From NCBI GenBank assembly GCA_041742075.1, contig JBGSJJ010000015.1, positions 1,132-65,131 on the forward strand: a stretch of DNA of 64,000 nt, read 5' to 3'. The stretch is from Minisyncoccia bacterium. Its GTDB lineage: Bacteria > Patescibacteriota > Minisyncoccia > Phycocordibacterales > UBA918. Shown here piece after piece: positions 10,185 to 18,970 of the stretch. Every line of letters begins with the position of its first letter. The first letter of the stretch is position 1. A program made the position numbers and the translations under genes. The notes under the pieces are model-generated. The model saw only the letters and a list, made by a program, of their open reading frames with translations, had not been told where the DNA came from and did not search any database.

Positions 10185-12143
10185 ATGACTACAGAAACAT
10201 ATACTGGACCACTCATGGTTCGTGGCAAAGGGGTCGGTTTTTTTAGAAGGCCAGAAGCACTCGAAGACGAAGAAGACATCGTTATTACTACCGAACAACT
10301 CGGGTTTGCACTTGATGGCGATATTGTTGAAATTACCCTTCTTCCGAAGGTAGCCGGCCGGCGGCGCGAAGGCAAAGTTACAAAAGTAGTAGAGTCCGCT
10401 CGGACTGAGTTTATTGGCGTGGTTCGGGCCCCTGAAGGGACCAGGACGACTCATTTCATGGTGTGTGATAATACCCGCATCCACATAAAGTTTTTGCTTC
10501 CTGAAGCCTCAAGTGACCTTGTAGGCATGAAAGTAGTGGTCACTATACGTGAGTGGAAAAATCCCCTGACTGAGCCAATTGCCACTATTATTGAAACTCT
10601 CGGCAAAGCAGGTGATCATGAAACTGAAATGCAGGCTATCATACGAGGTGGCGGTTTTTCGGAAAATTTCCTACCGCCGATTCAAGAAGCTGGGCAGGCA
10701 CTCTACGATAACCGCGAGCAGATATTTGCTGACGCGGTAACTGCCACACTCGGAGAAAACCCTACCAGGCGGGATATGCGTGATCGACTGACGATGACGA
10801 TTGACCCGAAAGACGCGAAAGACTTTGACGATGCGCTGTCGCTCCATGTACTTCCTGACGGTAACTACGAAATTGGTATCCACATTGCCGACGTCTCACA
10901 CTACGTTCGGGAAGGTGACGTAATTGACCAAGAAGCCCAGCATCGCGGAACTTCTATTTATTTAGTCGACCGGGTGATTCCGATGCTTCCTGAAGTCTTA
11001 AGTAACGACCTTTGTTCACTTCGGCCACACGAAGACCGACTGTCTTTTTCAGCCGTGTTCACCATGAACGATGACGCTCAGATAGTGAGTGAGTGGTACG
11101 GTCAAACCATCATCCACTCCAACCGACGCTTTAGCTATGAAGAGGCCCAAGAAGTTTTAGATACCCAAAGTGGCGACAATCTCGAAGAACTGAATACCAT
11201 GATGCGGCTCGGGCGACTGCTCCGCGCACGACGGTTTAAAGACGGCGCGATTGCCTTTGAGCAACCAGAGGTGCGTTTCGAACTCGATGAAAACGGCAAG
11301 CCAATCCGAGCATACACTAAGGTGCGTACCGAAACTATGCTCATGATTGAGGACTTTATGCTTCTTGCGAACCAAAAGGTTACTGAGTACATTTACACCC
11401 TCACTAAAAGTAAAAGCAAAGACGCCGCCTTTATCTATCGTATTCACGATTCACCGGACCCAGACAAAATTGAAGAGCTAGCGATTTTTATTCACGCGCT
11501 TGGGTATGAGTTTGAGACGAACAAAGGTCTCGTTACAGCCAAAAACATCAACAAGCTGTTGAAAGAAGTTGAGGGTAAGCCAGAAGAAAACCTCATCAAA
11601 ACCGCGACGATTCGATCAATGGCAAAAGCGGTGTACTCTACCCGCAACATCGGCCACTTTGGTCTCGCTTTTAAGTACTACACCCACTTCACCTCTCCGA
11701 TTCGTCGTTACCCCGACCTGATGGCTCATCGACTCCTCAGGAAACACCTAGACGGTGTCACGATTAGCAGTCGCGAGATGTCACACAATGAACGACTGGC
11801 TGTGCAGTGTTCAGAACGGGAGATGTACGCGGTGCGTGCCGAACGTGACTCCATCAAGTTTAAACAAGTGGAGTTCATGCTTGATAAAGTCGGACAGACT
11901 TTTAAAGGGATTGTTACCGGTGTGGCTGAATGGGGTATCTATGTGCAAGAGGTTGAATCGCAAGCTGAAGGGTTAGTTCGCCTTGCCTCAATTAAAGGTG
12001 ATTATTTCAATCACGAACCAAAGTCTTATCGCGTCAAAGGTGAGAAAACCGGTGCTGCTTTCGCACTTGGTGATGAGGTAACTATGAAGCTCACCCGCGC
12101 CTCACTTGAAGACAGGCAACTCGATTTTGAGCTCGTAAAATAG
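10185..12143 (+). CDS. rnr: Ribonuclease R
   Basis: TIDPKDAKDFDDA, HIADVSHYV, GHFGLAFKYYTHFTSPIRRYPDL and a C-terminal S1 domain. Confidence 0.95.
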   Translation: MTTETYTGPLMVRGKGVGFFRRPEALEDEEDIVITTEQLGFALDGDIVEITLLPKVAGRRREGKVTKVVESARTEFIGVVRAPEGTRTTHFMVCDNTRIHIKFLLPEASSDLVGMKVVVTIREWKNPLTEPIATIIETLGKAGDHETEMQAIIRGGGFSENFLPPIQEAGQALYDNREQIFADAVTATLGENPTRRDMRDRLTMTIDPKDAKDFDDALSLHVLPDGNYEIGIHIADVSHYVREGDVIDQEAQHRGTSIYLVDRVIPMLPEVLSNDLCSLRPHEDRLSFSAVFTMNDDAQIVSEWYGQTIIHSNRRFSYEEAQEVLDTQSGDNLEELNTMMRLGRLLRARRFKDGAIAFEQPEVRFELDENGKPIRAYTKVRTETMLMIEDFMLLANQKVTEYIYTLTKSKSKDAAFIYRIHDSPDPDKIEELAIFIHALGYEFETNKGLVTAKNINKLLKEVEGKPEENLIKTATIRSMAKAVYSTRNIGHFGLAFKYYTHFTSPIRRYPDLMAHRLLRKHLDGVTISSREMSHNERLAVQCSEREMYAVRAERDSIKFKQVEFMLDKVGQTFKGIVTGVAEWGIYVQEVESQAEGLVRLASIKGDYFNHEPKSYRVKGEKTGAAFALGDEVTMKLTRASLEDRQLDFELVK

Positions 12144-12150
12144 TCTATAT

Positions 12151-12195
12151 AAAAACAAAGAGCCGGCGCACTTCGTGCGCCGGCTCTTTGGTTTT
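12151..12195. terminator. Bidirectional terminator between convergent rnr and smc
   Basis: CAAAGAGCCGGCGCAC-TTC-GTGCGCCGGCTCTTTG with A and T flanks. Confidence 0.8.
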
Positions 12196-12196
12196 G

Positions 12197-14467
12197 CTAT
12201 TTAGCCACTGTTGCAGCTTCGTCAAACTTTACCGACAAAAGCTTTGATACCCCATCACCTCCCATCGTCACGCCATAGAGTATGCCGGCCCGACTCATTG
12301 TCTCGCGATTGTGCGTAATTAAAATAAGTTGAGACTTTTGGGCTAACGCCTCAATCATGTCACCGTAGCGTCGACTATTAGCCTCATCAAGCGCTGCATC
12401 GGTTTCATCAAGAATAATAAACAGCGGCGGATTGACCTGACTCATAGCAAAAATAAGCGCGATTGAAGTCAGTGCTCGCTCCCCGCCTGAAAGCATCTCG
12501 AGACCGCGCACCCGCTTGTTTGGCAGTTTAACATCAAGCTCAATACCCTCTTCACCTTCCTCCTCCTCAGTCAGGTCAGTTTCTGTATCTTCTTCAAGTA
12601 CTGTCTCGTCTGCTTTTTTTCGTACTTTTGGCTTTACTCGCACCAGGTTAGCTTCCCCGCCACCAAACATAAGTATGAAAAAACGATTGAATTCTGTGCC
12701 GATTTTCTCAATACCAGTTATAAAATACCCACTCAGTTCGGCAGTGAGTTCAGCCATAAGTGTCTCTAGTTTCGTCACCGACTCTTCAAGGTCGGTAATT
12801 TCACGCACTAAAAACTCATCTCGTTCTTTGACTTCTTTGTATTCTTTTTCAATGTCAGCATTTACACCACCGAGTTCCTCTAGGCGAATTTTAATTTTTT
12901 CGAGCTCGCGTCTTCGTTCGTACTGTTTCGTTCTTTCCTCGCTTGCAATGTGCGCCAGGCTTAAAGAAGCACCATCTTGCATGACTTCAAGTTCATAATA
13001 CAGTGAGGCATCGCGACCAAGCAGGGTAACTGCTTCTTGCAGTTCACGCTTAAACTCTTCTCGCTCCCGTTCGAGAACGTTCCGCTCGTGATTTATTCTC
13101 GAGATAACTGCTTCGCATTCTCGCTGTGCTCCCATAACACGGAAAATTTCACGCTCTGCCTCCCGACTCTCAGACTGTTCCGACTCAATTGAAGCTCTCA
13201 GTTTTTTGTAGGCCTCTCTACGCTCTTCTTCTGATTTTTCACACTCGATTATTTGCTTAGCTAGTTCGGCGTGTTCTTTTTGTAACTCATCTAATTCCTT
13301 TTCTTCCGCATTGGTATTAGCGCTGACTGAACCGAGGGCAGTCTGAAGAAACTTCTTACCCAAATGCACCACATCAGACAAAGCTCGCTGAAGTAACGGA
13401 ACTTCAGTACTGATAAGTGAGCGGGTGGCCATATCTTCAAGCGCACTTATAAATCGCTTTACTTCACCCACTGGTATTGGAGCGTCGCTTTCGCTTTGAC
13501 TGACCCGCTCCATCTCGACAATTCTACGCTTGATATAGTCTACCTGCCCTTCAATGTTGCCACTTTTTCGAACCAGTCCTTGTCTTTTTTCTCGCACTTC
13601 TTTTGTCTCGCGCTCAAGCTGAAGCAACTCATCACTTTTAGCATCACGCTCGTGCATCTTGAGTAATTCTTTCGCTTGCGCCAGCTCACTCTCGAGCACT
13701 TCAAGTTGCTTAGTCGGTACCCGTATCTCTTTATCAAGTCTGTCATGATGCCAGGCAATATACGTATCCTCACGCTTGAGGTACTCAGCATAGACAGTAC
13801 CAAGTTCAGCCCGGAGCGAAATAGCTCGCTCAATTTTTTTAATTTGCCGTTCCAAAAATTGAATGTGGGGTGCGACCTCTCGCCTAAGAGACTGTACCTT
13901 TTCTATATTCTCCCTTGTCTTCACAAGCTTCTTATCAGCATCAGCAATCTTGTACTGATATACCTTGAGACCAAGGGCATCTTCGATCATTTCTCGGCGT
14001 TCCTTTGGACCAGCTGAGAGAATACGGTCGGCTTCACCTTGCGAAATAATATGGTGGCCAGTGGTACCAATGTTGGCGGCAGCTAGAAGCTCTTGGACGT
14101 CTTTCAGACGGACTTTTGAACCATTTATCAAGTACTCATTTTGACCATCGCGGTGAACTATACGCTCCACTACAATCTCATCAAAATCAACCCGAAACAC
14201 TCGACTGCGGTTATCGAGTACTACTACCACTGAAGCGCGGTTTGACCTTGAAACTGATTCTGAACCACCAAAAATAAGGTCTTCCCCTTTCTTCCCCCGC
14301 ATTGACTTAAGTGACTGTTCTCCAAGTACAAAGCGAAACGATTCGGCGACGTTACTCTTCCCGGAACCGTTTGGTCCCACTATGGCCGTAATCGGGGCAC
14401 TGAACTCAAGCTCGCCTTTCTTAGCGAATGATTTAAATCCTGAAATAGTAAGGTGCTTGAGGTACAT
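12197..14467 (-). CDS. smc: SMC-family ATPase, shortened
   Basis: GFKSFA, Walker A GPNGSGKSN, Q-loop ISQG, signature LSGGE, Walker B/D-loop ILDETDAALD, coiled coils; only ~756 aa. Confidence 0.88.
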   Translation of the reverse strand: MYLKHLTISGFKSFAKKGELEFSAPITAIVGPNGSGKSNVAESFRFVLGEQSLKSMRGKKGEDLIFGGSESVSRSNRASVVVVLDNRSRVFRVDFDEIVVERIVHRDGQNEYLINGSKVRLKDVQELLAAANIGTTGHHIISQGEADRILSAGPKERREMIEDALGLKVYQYKIADADKKLVKTRENIEKVQSLRREVAPHIQFLERQIKKIERAISLRAELGTVYAEYLKREDTYIAWHHDRLDKEIRVPTKQLEVLESELAQAKELLKMHERDAKSDELLQLERETKEVREKRQGLVRKSGNIEGQVDYIKRRIVEMERVSQSESDAPIPVGEVKRFISALEDMATRSLISTEVPLLQRALSDVVHLGKKFLQTALGSVSANTNAEEKELDELQKEHAELAKQIIECEKSEEERREAYKKLRASIESEQSESREAEREIFRVMGAQRECEAVISRINHERNVLEREREEFKRELQEAVTLLGRDASLYYELEVMQDGASLSLAHIASEERTKQYERRRELEKIKIRLEELGGVNADIEKEYKEVKERDEFLVREITDLEESVTKLETLMAELTAELSGYFITGIEKIGTEFNRFFILMFGGGEANLVRVKPKVRKKADETVLEEDTETDLTEEEEGEEGIELDVKLPNKRVRGLEMLSGGERALTSIALIFAMSQVNPPLFIILDETDAALDEANSRRYGDMIEALAQKSQLILITHNRETMSRAGILYGVTMGGDGVSKLLSVKFDEAATVAK

Positions 14468-14485
14468 CAAGGAGTAGGTTACGTT

Positions 14486-14947
14486 CTAGAAGTTTTCGCA
14501 CGGTATCACAGGCGCAGGGTAACTCGCATCAGCTGCTGGCGCCGAAACATTGAGGCTTTTAACATAACAACTACCAGTTCTTGATTCAAAACGTGCCCTG
14601 AGGGTGTATTCTGATTCGGAGACACTTGGGGTATATGAATACAAGTAGGGCGTCACATTGCGTGGATCTACCGGCATAGCGCCTAATACCCTTTGCTGTA
14701 CCAACCCACCAGTACCACTTGGGTTGGTAAATTCATTGCTAGTAGGGTAATCGCCATTTTTCTCACGATACAGAGCAAGGGCCAATTCGATGGTTTTCAA
14801 GTCTGAGACACGAGCCTTATCACGTGACTGCGTACGGGCGGAGCTTAAATTGGCAAAAACTACAGCGGCCAAGATACCAATAATTGCAATTACTACCAAG
14901 AGTTCAATAAGCGTAAAGCCGTTTTGGTACAAGCGATTATTTTTCAT
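14486..14947 (-). CDS. Type IV pilin / PulG-like prepilin
   Basis: QNGFTLIELLVVIAIIGILA class III signal, RDKARVSDL, C-terminal Cys pair. Confidence 0.9.
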   Translation of the reverse strand: MKNNRLYQNGFTLIELLVVIAIIGILAAVVFANLSSARTQSRDKARVSDLKTIELALALYREKNGDYPTSNEFTNPSGTGGLVQQRVLGAMPVDPRNVTPYLYSYTPSVSESEYTLRARFESRTGSCYVKSLNVSAPAADASYPAPVIPCENF

Positions 14948-15068
14948 ATACCTTCTATAGTAACACGCACACAAACCCCAGGGACACTTCGCGTCCCTGG
15001 GGTTTGTTAACAAACTATCTTATGAAAGTGTGCGCCAAAACACATTTTTCTAAACAAGCAATTACGTA

Positions 15069-15195
15069 TAAAGCAAAGCAATTTTGAATAGAGTGCGCGG
15101 CGCTAACAAAAAATAATGAGAGGCGTACTTAGTGGTACGATGAAAATTATTTTTTGTGTAGCAACAAAGCAATCTGTCAAAATTGCTTTGCTTTA
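15069..15195 (+). repeat. REP-like long imperfect hairpin, family A
   Basis: 19-bp terminal inverted repeat that includes the rnc stop codon; core GAGGCGTAC-N6-GTACGATGA. Confidence 0.7.
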
Positions 15196-15912
15196 CCAAC
15201 CTTTGGCCTCAATGGCTTTAAGTGCCGCCTCCTGCTCCGCCTCCTGTTTTGCCCTTCCCTTACCTTCGGCTACTTTCGCTTTACCGATAAACACTCCGAC
15301 GGTAAAAATCCGGTCATGGTCAGGTCCTTCCTGTCCCAACGTCTCATAGGTAGGCGTTACGTTAGCATGTTCTTGTGCCAACTCTTGGAAGCGACTCTTC
15401 GGATCTTGCCACAAACGGCGCGCAATAATGTCTTCCGTCTTTTTAAAGAGTTGCTTAGAAATAAAATCCTTGGCTATTTCGTACCCTTGGTCTAAGTACA
15501 AAGCCCCAATAAACGCTTCAAACACATTCGCAAGAATGTACTGCCTAGCTCTACCAGTATCTTTTGCTTCCCCCTTCGACATAAGGAGATATTCGTTTAC
15601 CTCAAGTTTGAGGGCGGCTTCCGAAAGTGAGACGGTGTTTACGAGAGCTGCCCTGATAGCTGTCAATTCCCCTTCCGGTTTATCTGGGTAGGTACGATAC
15701 AGATAATCAGTCACGACTAATTCTAGTACCGCATCGCCAAGAAACTCCAGACGTTCGTTATGGTCTTGCTCTGCTTCACGGTGCTCATTTAGGTATGAAC
15801 GGTGGGTAATCGCAGTAAGCAAGAACGACTTATCAGTGAAGGTATACCCCAAAATAGCCTCAAGCGAGCTTAAGTCAGCGCTAATGTTTCTTTCGCCAAT
15901 GTCTTTTGTCAT
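15193..15912 (-). CDS. rnc: Ribonuclease III
   Basis: HNERLEFLGDAVL signature and dsRBD DPKSRFQE...GRAKQEAEQEAA. Confidence 0.96.
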   Translation of the reverse strand: MTKDIGERNISADLSSLEAILGYTFTDKSFLLTAITHRSYLNEHREAEQDHNERLEFLGDAVLELVVTDYLYRTYPDKPEGELTAIRAALVNTVSLSEAALKLEVNEYLLMSKGEAKDTGRARQYILANVFEAFIGALYLDQGYEIAKDFISKQLFKKTEDIIARRLWQDPKSRFQELAQEHANVTPTYETLGQEGPDHDRIFTVGVFIGKAKVAEGKGRAKQEAEQEAALKAIEAKGW

Positions 15913-15958
15913 AGCAAGTAGAGTCGATGCACACTAGCACATTTTTACAAATGTGCCA

Positions 15959-16861
15959 CTAGTTGCTCCCTCGACTCACCAAAATAGTGACTGCTTTTGT
16001 TACAATCGGTAGAATATCCTCATAGAAGTTAAGTTCGAGGATTTCGGACACTTTAAACCAGCGCGCGTCATCAAGACCACCCTTCTTCTCGAGCGTTAGT
16101 TCAGTATAGTCGCCTTTGGCGAGGAAGTAGGTCACTTGCTTGCGGACTTTTCCGAGTTCTGGATGCGACGCCACATATTCGTTCTTACCAAGCTCAGCTT
16201 CAATGGTGACCGTAAGACCAATTTCTTCACGGAGGGCCCGCCGTGCGCCATCTTCGATAGTTTCCTCATCAGCAATTTTACTTTTTGAAAGTGTCCAGTG
16301 ACCAAAAATGTCGTGCACGAGCGCAAAGTACATATTCCCTCCCTCTTGACTGTAGACGACCGCACCTGAGAGTCGCTGAATCGGCATTTGATCAAATGGG
16401 ATATCTCGCTTTGGCTTTTTACCTATCTCGTCTTTACCTGGTTCACCAATCTCCTTATAGACGGCACCTAAAACACCATTGACGAAGCGGCTGCTGTTTT
16501 CGCCACCAAACTGTTTGGCGAGTTCAATTGCTTCATTAATCGCTACCTTAGCCGGTACCTCTTTTCGGTCAGCAAACAACAGCTCATAGAGGCCTAATCT
16601 TAAAATATTCCTATCAACTGGTGAGATACGGTCAATCGGCCACTCAGGAGCAGCTTTCTCTATTACTTGGTCCAGTTCCGGTTGTTTACCCAAAACACCA
16701 TCGAGTAATTTTTCTATAAAAGGGTTGTCGGTCTTGTTGGGAGCAAACTCCTCAACGTTGCGTTCGAGTACTTCACCGACTTTTTTTCGGTCGATATCAT
16801 TTAAATCCCACTCAAAGAGGGTTTGAAGAACGATGGATCTTGATACGTGTCTATTTGCCAT
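15959..16861 (-). CDS. nusB: NusB fused to a Nudix-like domain
   Basis: N-terminus RHVSR...DRNILRLGLYE...VAINEAIELAKQFG...FVNGVL; C-terminus with degenerate Nudix box SKSKIADEETIEDGARRALREEIGL. Confidence 0.9.
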   Translation of the reverse strand: MANRHVSRSIVLQTLFEWDLNDIDRKKVGEVLERNVEEFAPNKTDNPFIEKLLDGVLGKQPELDQVIEKAAPEWPIDRISPVDRNILRLGLYELLFADRKEVPAKVAINEAIELAKQFGGENSSRFVNGVLGAVYKEIGEPGKDEIGKKPKRDIPFDQMPIQRLSGAVVYSQEGGNMYFALVHDIFGHWTLSKSKIADEETIEDGARRALREEIGLTVTIEAELGKNEYVASHPELGKVRKQVTYFLAKGDYTELTLEKKGGLDDARWFKVSEILELNFYEDILPIVTKAVTILVSRGSN

Positions 16862-16952
16862 AAAAATGTACTAACTGCTACTGTCTATCAGTATACAACC
16901 TATTTAAACAGCAAACACCAAGCATGGCTCGGTGTTTGGGGATACTGGGTTA

Positions 16953-17219
16953 TTACTTAGCTTCGGTAGGATTGTCTGGTGTACCAAGTTGAGACTTAAT
17001 TGCTTCTCGCTTCGCTTGCATACGCGCTTCCCTGGCTTCCTTCACTGCTGTGAGATTCATTACTTGTTTACCGTTGTAAAAACCACAACTAAGGCACATG
17101 TGGTGTGGTCGGTGATGCGCCTTACAGTTTGAACAAACAGCCATTTCTGGCGCAGTAAGAGCGTGGTGTGAACGGCGGTTCTTGGTGTGAGACCGCGTAT
17201 GTCGCATTCGGATTACCAT
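16953..17219 (-). CDS. rpmF: 50S ribosomal protein L32
   Basis: RHTRSHTKNRRSH...CSNC...RPHHMCLSCGFYNG Zn ribbon. Confidence 0.93.
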   Translation of the reverse strand: MVIRMRHTRSHTKNRRSHHALTAPEMAVCSNCKAHHRPHHMCLSCGFYNGKQVMNLTAVKEAREARMQAKREAIKSQLGTPDNPTEAK

Positions 17220-17264
17220 AATGGGCCAAACTATAGCAAATGTGGGTAAAAAAGCAAGCCTGCT

Positions 17265-17706
17265 TAGTAGATAGGCTCAAATAAGCTATTTCGGGCCCAA
17301 AAGAAAAAGACCTCGGGAATCCGGGCCTTTACTACCCCTACTTCTGGGGCAGAGTACCGAGCGAACTCGGCTTGGTATGTCACGGGCCTTCGGCCACGTT
17401 TTGATAGTTTTTGGTCATTTTGAACCCATCCTCTTTTTTTTGCGATCAAGGTCCTTAAAGCGATTGCACTGCTCAAAGCTAGGTGCTGGCTGTGGCAGTC
17501 TCACTGCTGGATCGGTAGGGCAAGCGCCACAGCGCACCCTTACAGCGGGCTGTTTTTCGGCATTTCCCCCGAAAGAACCAGGGAGACCGACCGGCGGTGG
17601 CAGGACAGCGAAAGCAACAAAGTGAGGGCAAGTGCTCTCTGAATTAGGCTTACACGGAACCTTCCTTGACTTTAGAAGGTCAGTCACGACAGGGTCATTT
17701 ACCCTG
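17265..17706. ncRNA. Unidentified GC-rich structured non-coding region (ncRNA candidate)
   Basis: ~440 nt without a credible ORF; multiple helices, cUUCGg and GAAA tetraloops, and a long-range helix with G-T pairs on the + strand. Confidence 0.45.
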
Positions 17707-17787
17707 AGTATAGCTAAACGCAAGACTTTTCTCCCTTATCTTCACGTTTCTTGATTACTTCTTGTAATCAATCTTACTCTACTCCGG

Positions 17788-18453
17788 CTATATATTTTTG
17801 CAATAGCTGACCCGGTGGATATCTGTACAGCCATACTTTTTTATGGCCTGACGGTGGGCCGTCGTGCCATACCCTTTATGTACCCCAAGTGCATATTTCG
17901 AGTACTCTGGACGCTTCCCGACTCGCACCATATACCGGTCTCTGGTCACTTTTGCCATGATGGATGCCAGCCCAATTACCTTCTCTTTACTATCACCCTT
18001 AATTATTGTTTCTTGATGCACAAACTCTTTCGGTGCCCTTAGTCCCCCATCGAGCTTCACTAGCACCTCTTCCACCCCCATCTCTGCACCCATGCTTCCA
18101 GCTCGTTTCCCTAGGCCTTTCCTAGGGAAACTCCCTAGGAAAGGCCTAGGTTCAATTACTTTATAGAGGGCACGAGACATGGCCCTGGTGACAGACGGGA
18201 CGATACCAATCTGGTCGATTACTTTGGCAGACACCATTACTACGACATAATCGAGAGTACCTTCCCGCTTCAACATTTCTGCTTGTTTAAAAATTACTTC
18301 CCGCTTTAGCTCTGAAAGCTGCTTCGAATCATTCACTCCGGGTATAAGCGCCCAATCAAAATCACTTGGTACGAGCACTGCCCCAACCGCGACGGGTCCA
18401 GCCAAAGGCCCGCGCCCCGCTTCGTCTATCCCGATGAGCCATTTTTGATTCAT
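17788..18453 (-). CDS. rnhB: Ribonuclease HII
   Basis: GIDEAGRGPLAGPV, DSKQLS, LASIMAKVTRD, HKGYGT, HRVSY; carries an in-frame palindromic insert. Confidence 0.95.
   Translation of the reverse strand: MNQKWLIGIDEAGRGPLAGPVAVGAVLVPSDFDWALIPGVNDSKQLSELKREVIFKQAEMLKREGTLDYVVVMVSAKVIDQIGIVPSVTRAMSRALYKVIEPRPFLGSFPRKGLGKRAGSMGAEMGVEEVLVKLDGGLRAPKEFVHQETIIKGDSKEKVIGLASIMAKVTRDRYMVRVGKRPEYSKYALGVHKGYGTTAHRQAIKKYGCTDIHRVSYCKNI
18110..18150. repeat. In-frame palindrome inside rnhB
   Basis: CCTAGGCCTTTCCTAGGGA-AAC-TCCCTAGGAAAGGCCTAGG with perfect 19-bp arms. Confidence 0.85.
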
Positions 18454-18537
18454 AGACTAAAGTATAGCAAAGATTGACAAATGCATTGAATATGTCATTA
18501 TTAAAACTGGCAAACGAACCTCAACAGGAGTTTGAGT

Positions 18538-18786
18538 ATGTCTGACCTCAGATTGGATCAAGAGAAAACTGCCCGAGAATTGGCGGACGAAGATTTCGCC
18601 TTGAACTACAAGTTCTATTCTATGATGATAGGGATCTTTCCTGTCATAGTGTCCGGCGTATCTTTTGGTGGTGCGGCCAGTGTAGGTGCCTTATTGGTGT
18701 TTAGTCTTTGCGCATACATATTATACCTACTAATTGTCGCCATCCGTTCCCTGTATCGTCTTATGCTCAGTTTCGTACCTCGCTAA
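18538..18786 (+). CDS. Small two-TM hypothetical membrane protein (solo cassette)
   Basis: TTGACA at 18474, SD AGGAG, two hydrophobic segments, downstream GC hairpin. Confidence 0.6.
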   Translation: MSDLRLDQEKTARELADEDFALNYKFYSMMIGIFPVIVSGVSFGGAASVGALLVFSLCAYILYLLIVAIRSLYRLMLSFVPR

Positions 18787-18870
18787 GAGCATTTATACAG
18801 AAAGCCCTGGCGCCTCCCTACTCTGGGGTGGCGCCACAATTTTTCTCACCAGCCTATCCAGCTGGTTTTA

Positions 18871-18912
18871 TGTTGTCTAAACCTACCTGTTAACAGGTAG
18901 GTTTAGACAACA
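18871..18912. repeat. 42-bp perfect loop-less palindrome, family B
   Basis: TGTTGTCTAAACCTACCTGTT|AACAGGTAGGTTTAGACAACA. Confidence 0.85.
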
Positions 18913-18970
18913 GTGTAATTTGTCATGGAGGTGGGAGTAAAAAATTTGCTATACTGGTGTCTACTATCCT

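Noticed and set aside
17265-17706. RNase P RNA, tmRNA or SRP RNA assignment
   Set aside because: Partial look-alikes (GAATCCGGGC, GAATTAGGCTTAC, AGGAAGGTTCCG) do not form a complementary P4. No tRNA-like ends or SRP loop were found. Left as unidentified.
17264-17723. ORFs 17415-17723, 17377-17625 and 17264-17476
   Set aside because: Non-ATG or unsupported starts, no motifs, and mutually overlapping; better explained by GC-rich structured DNA.
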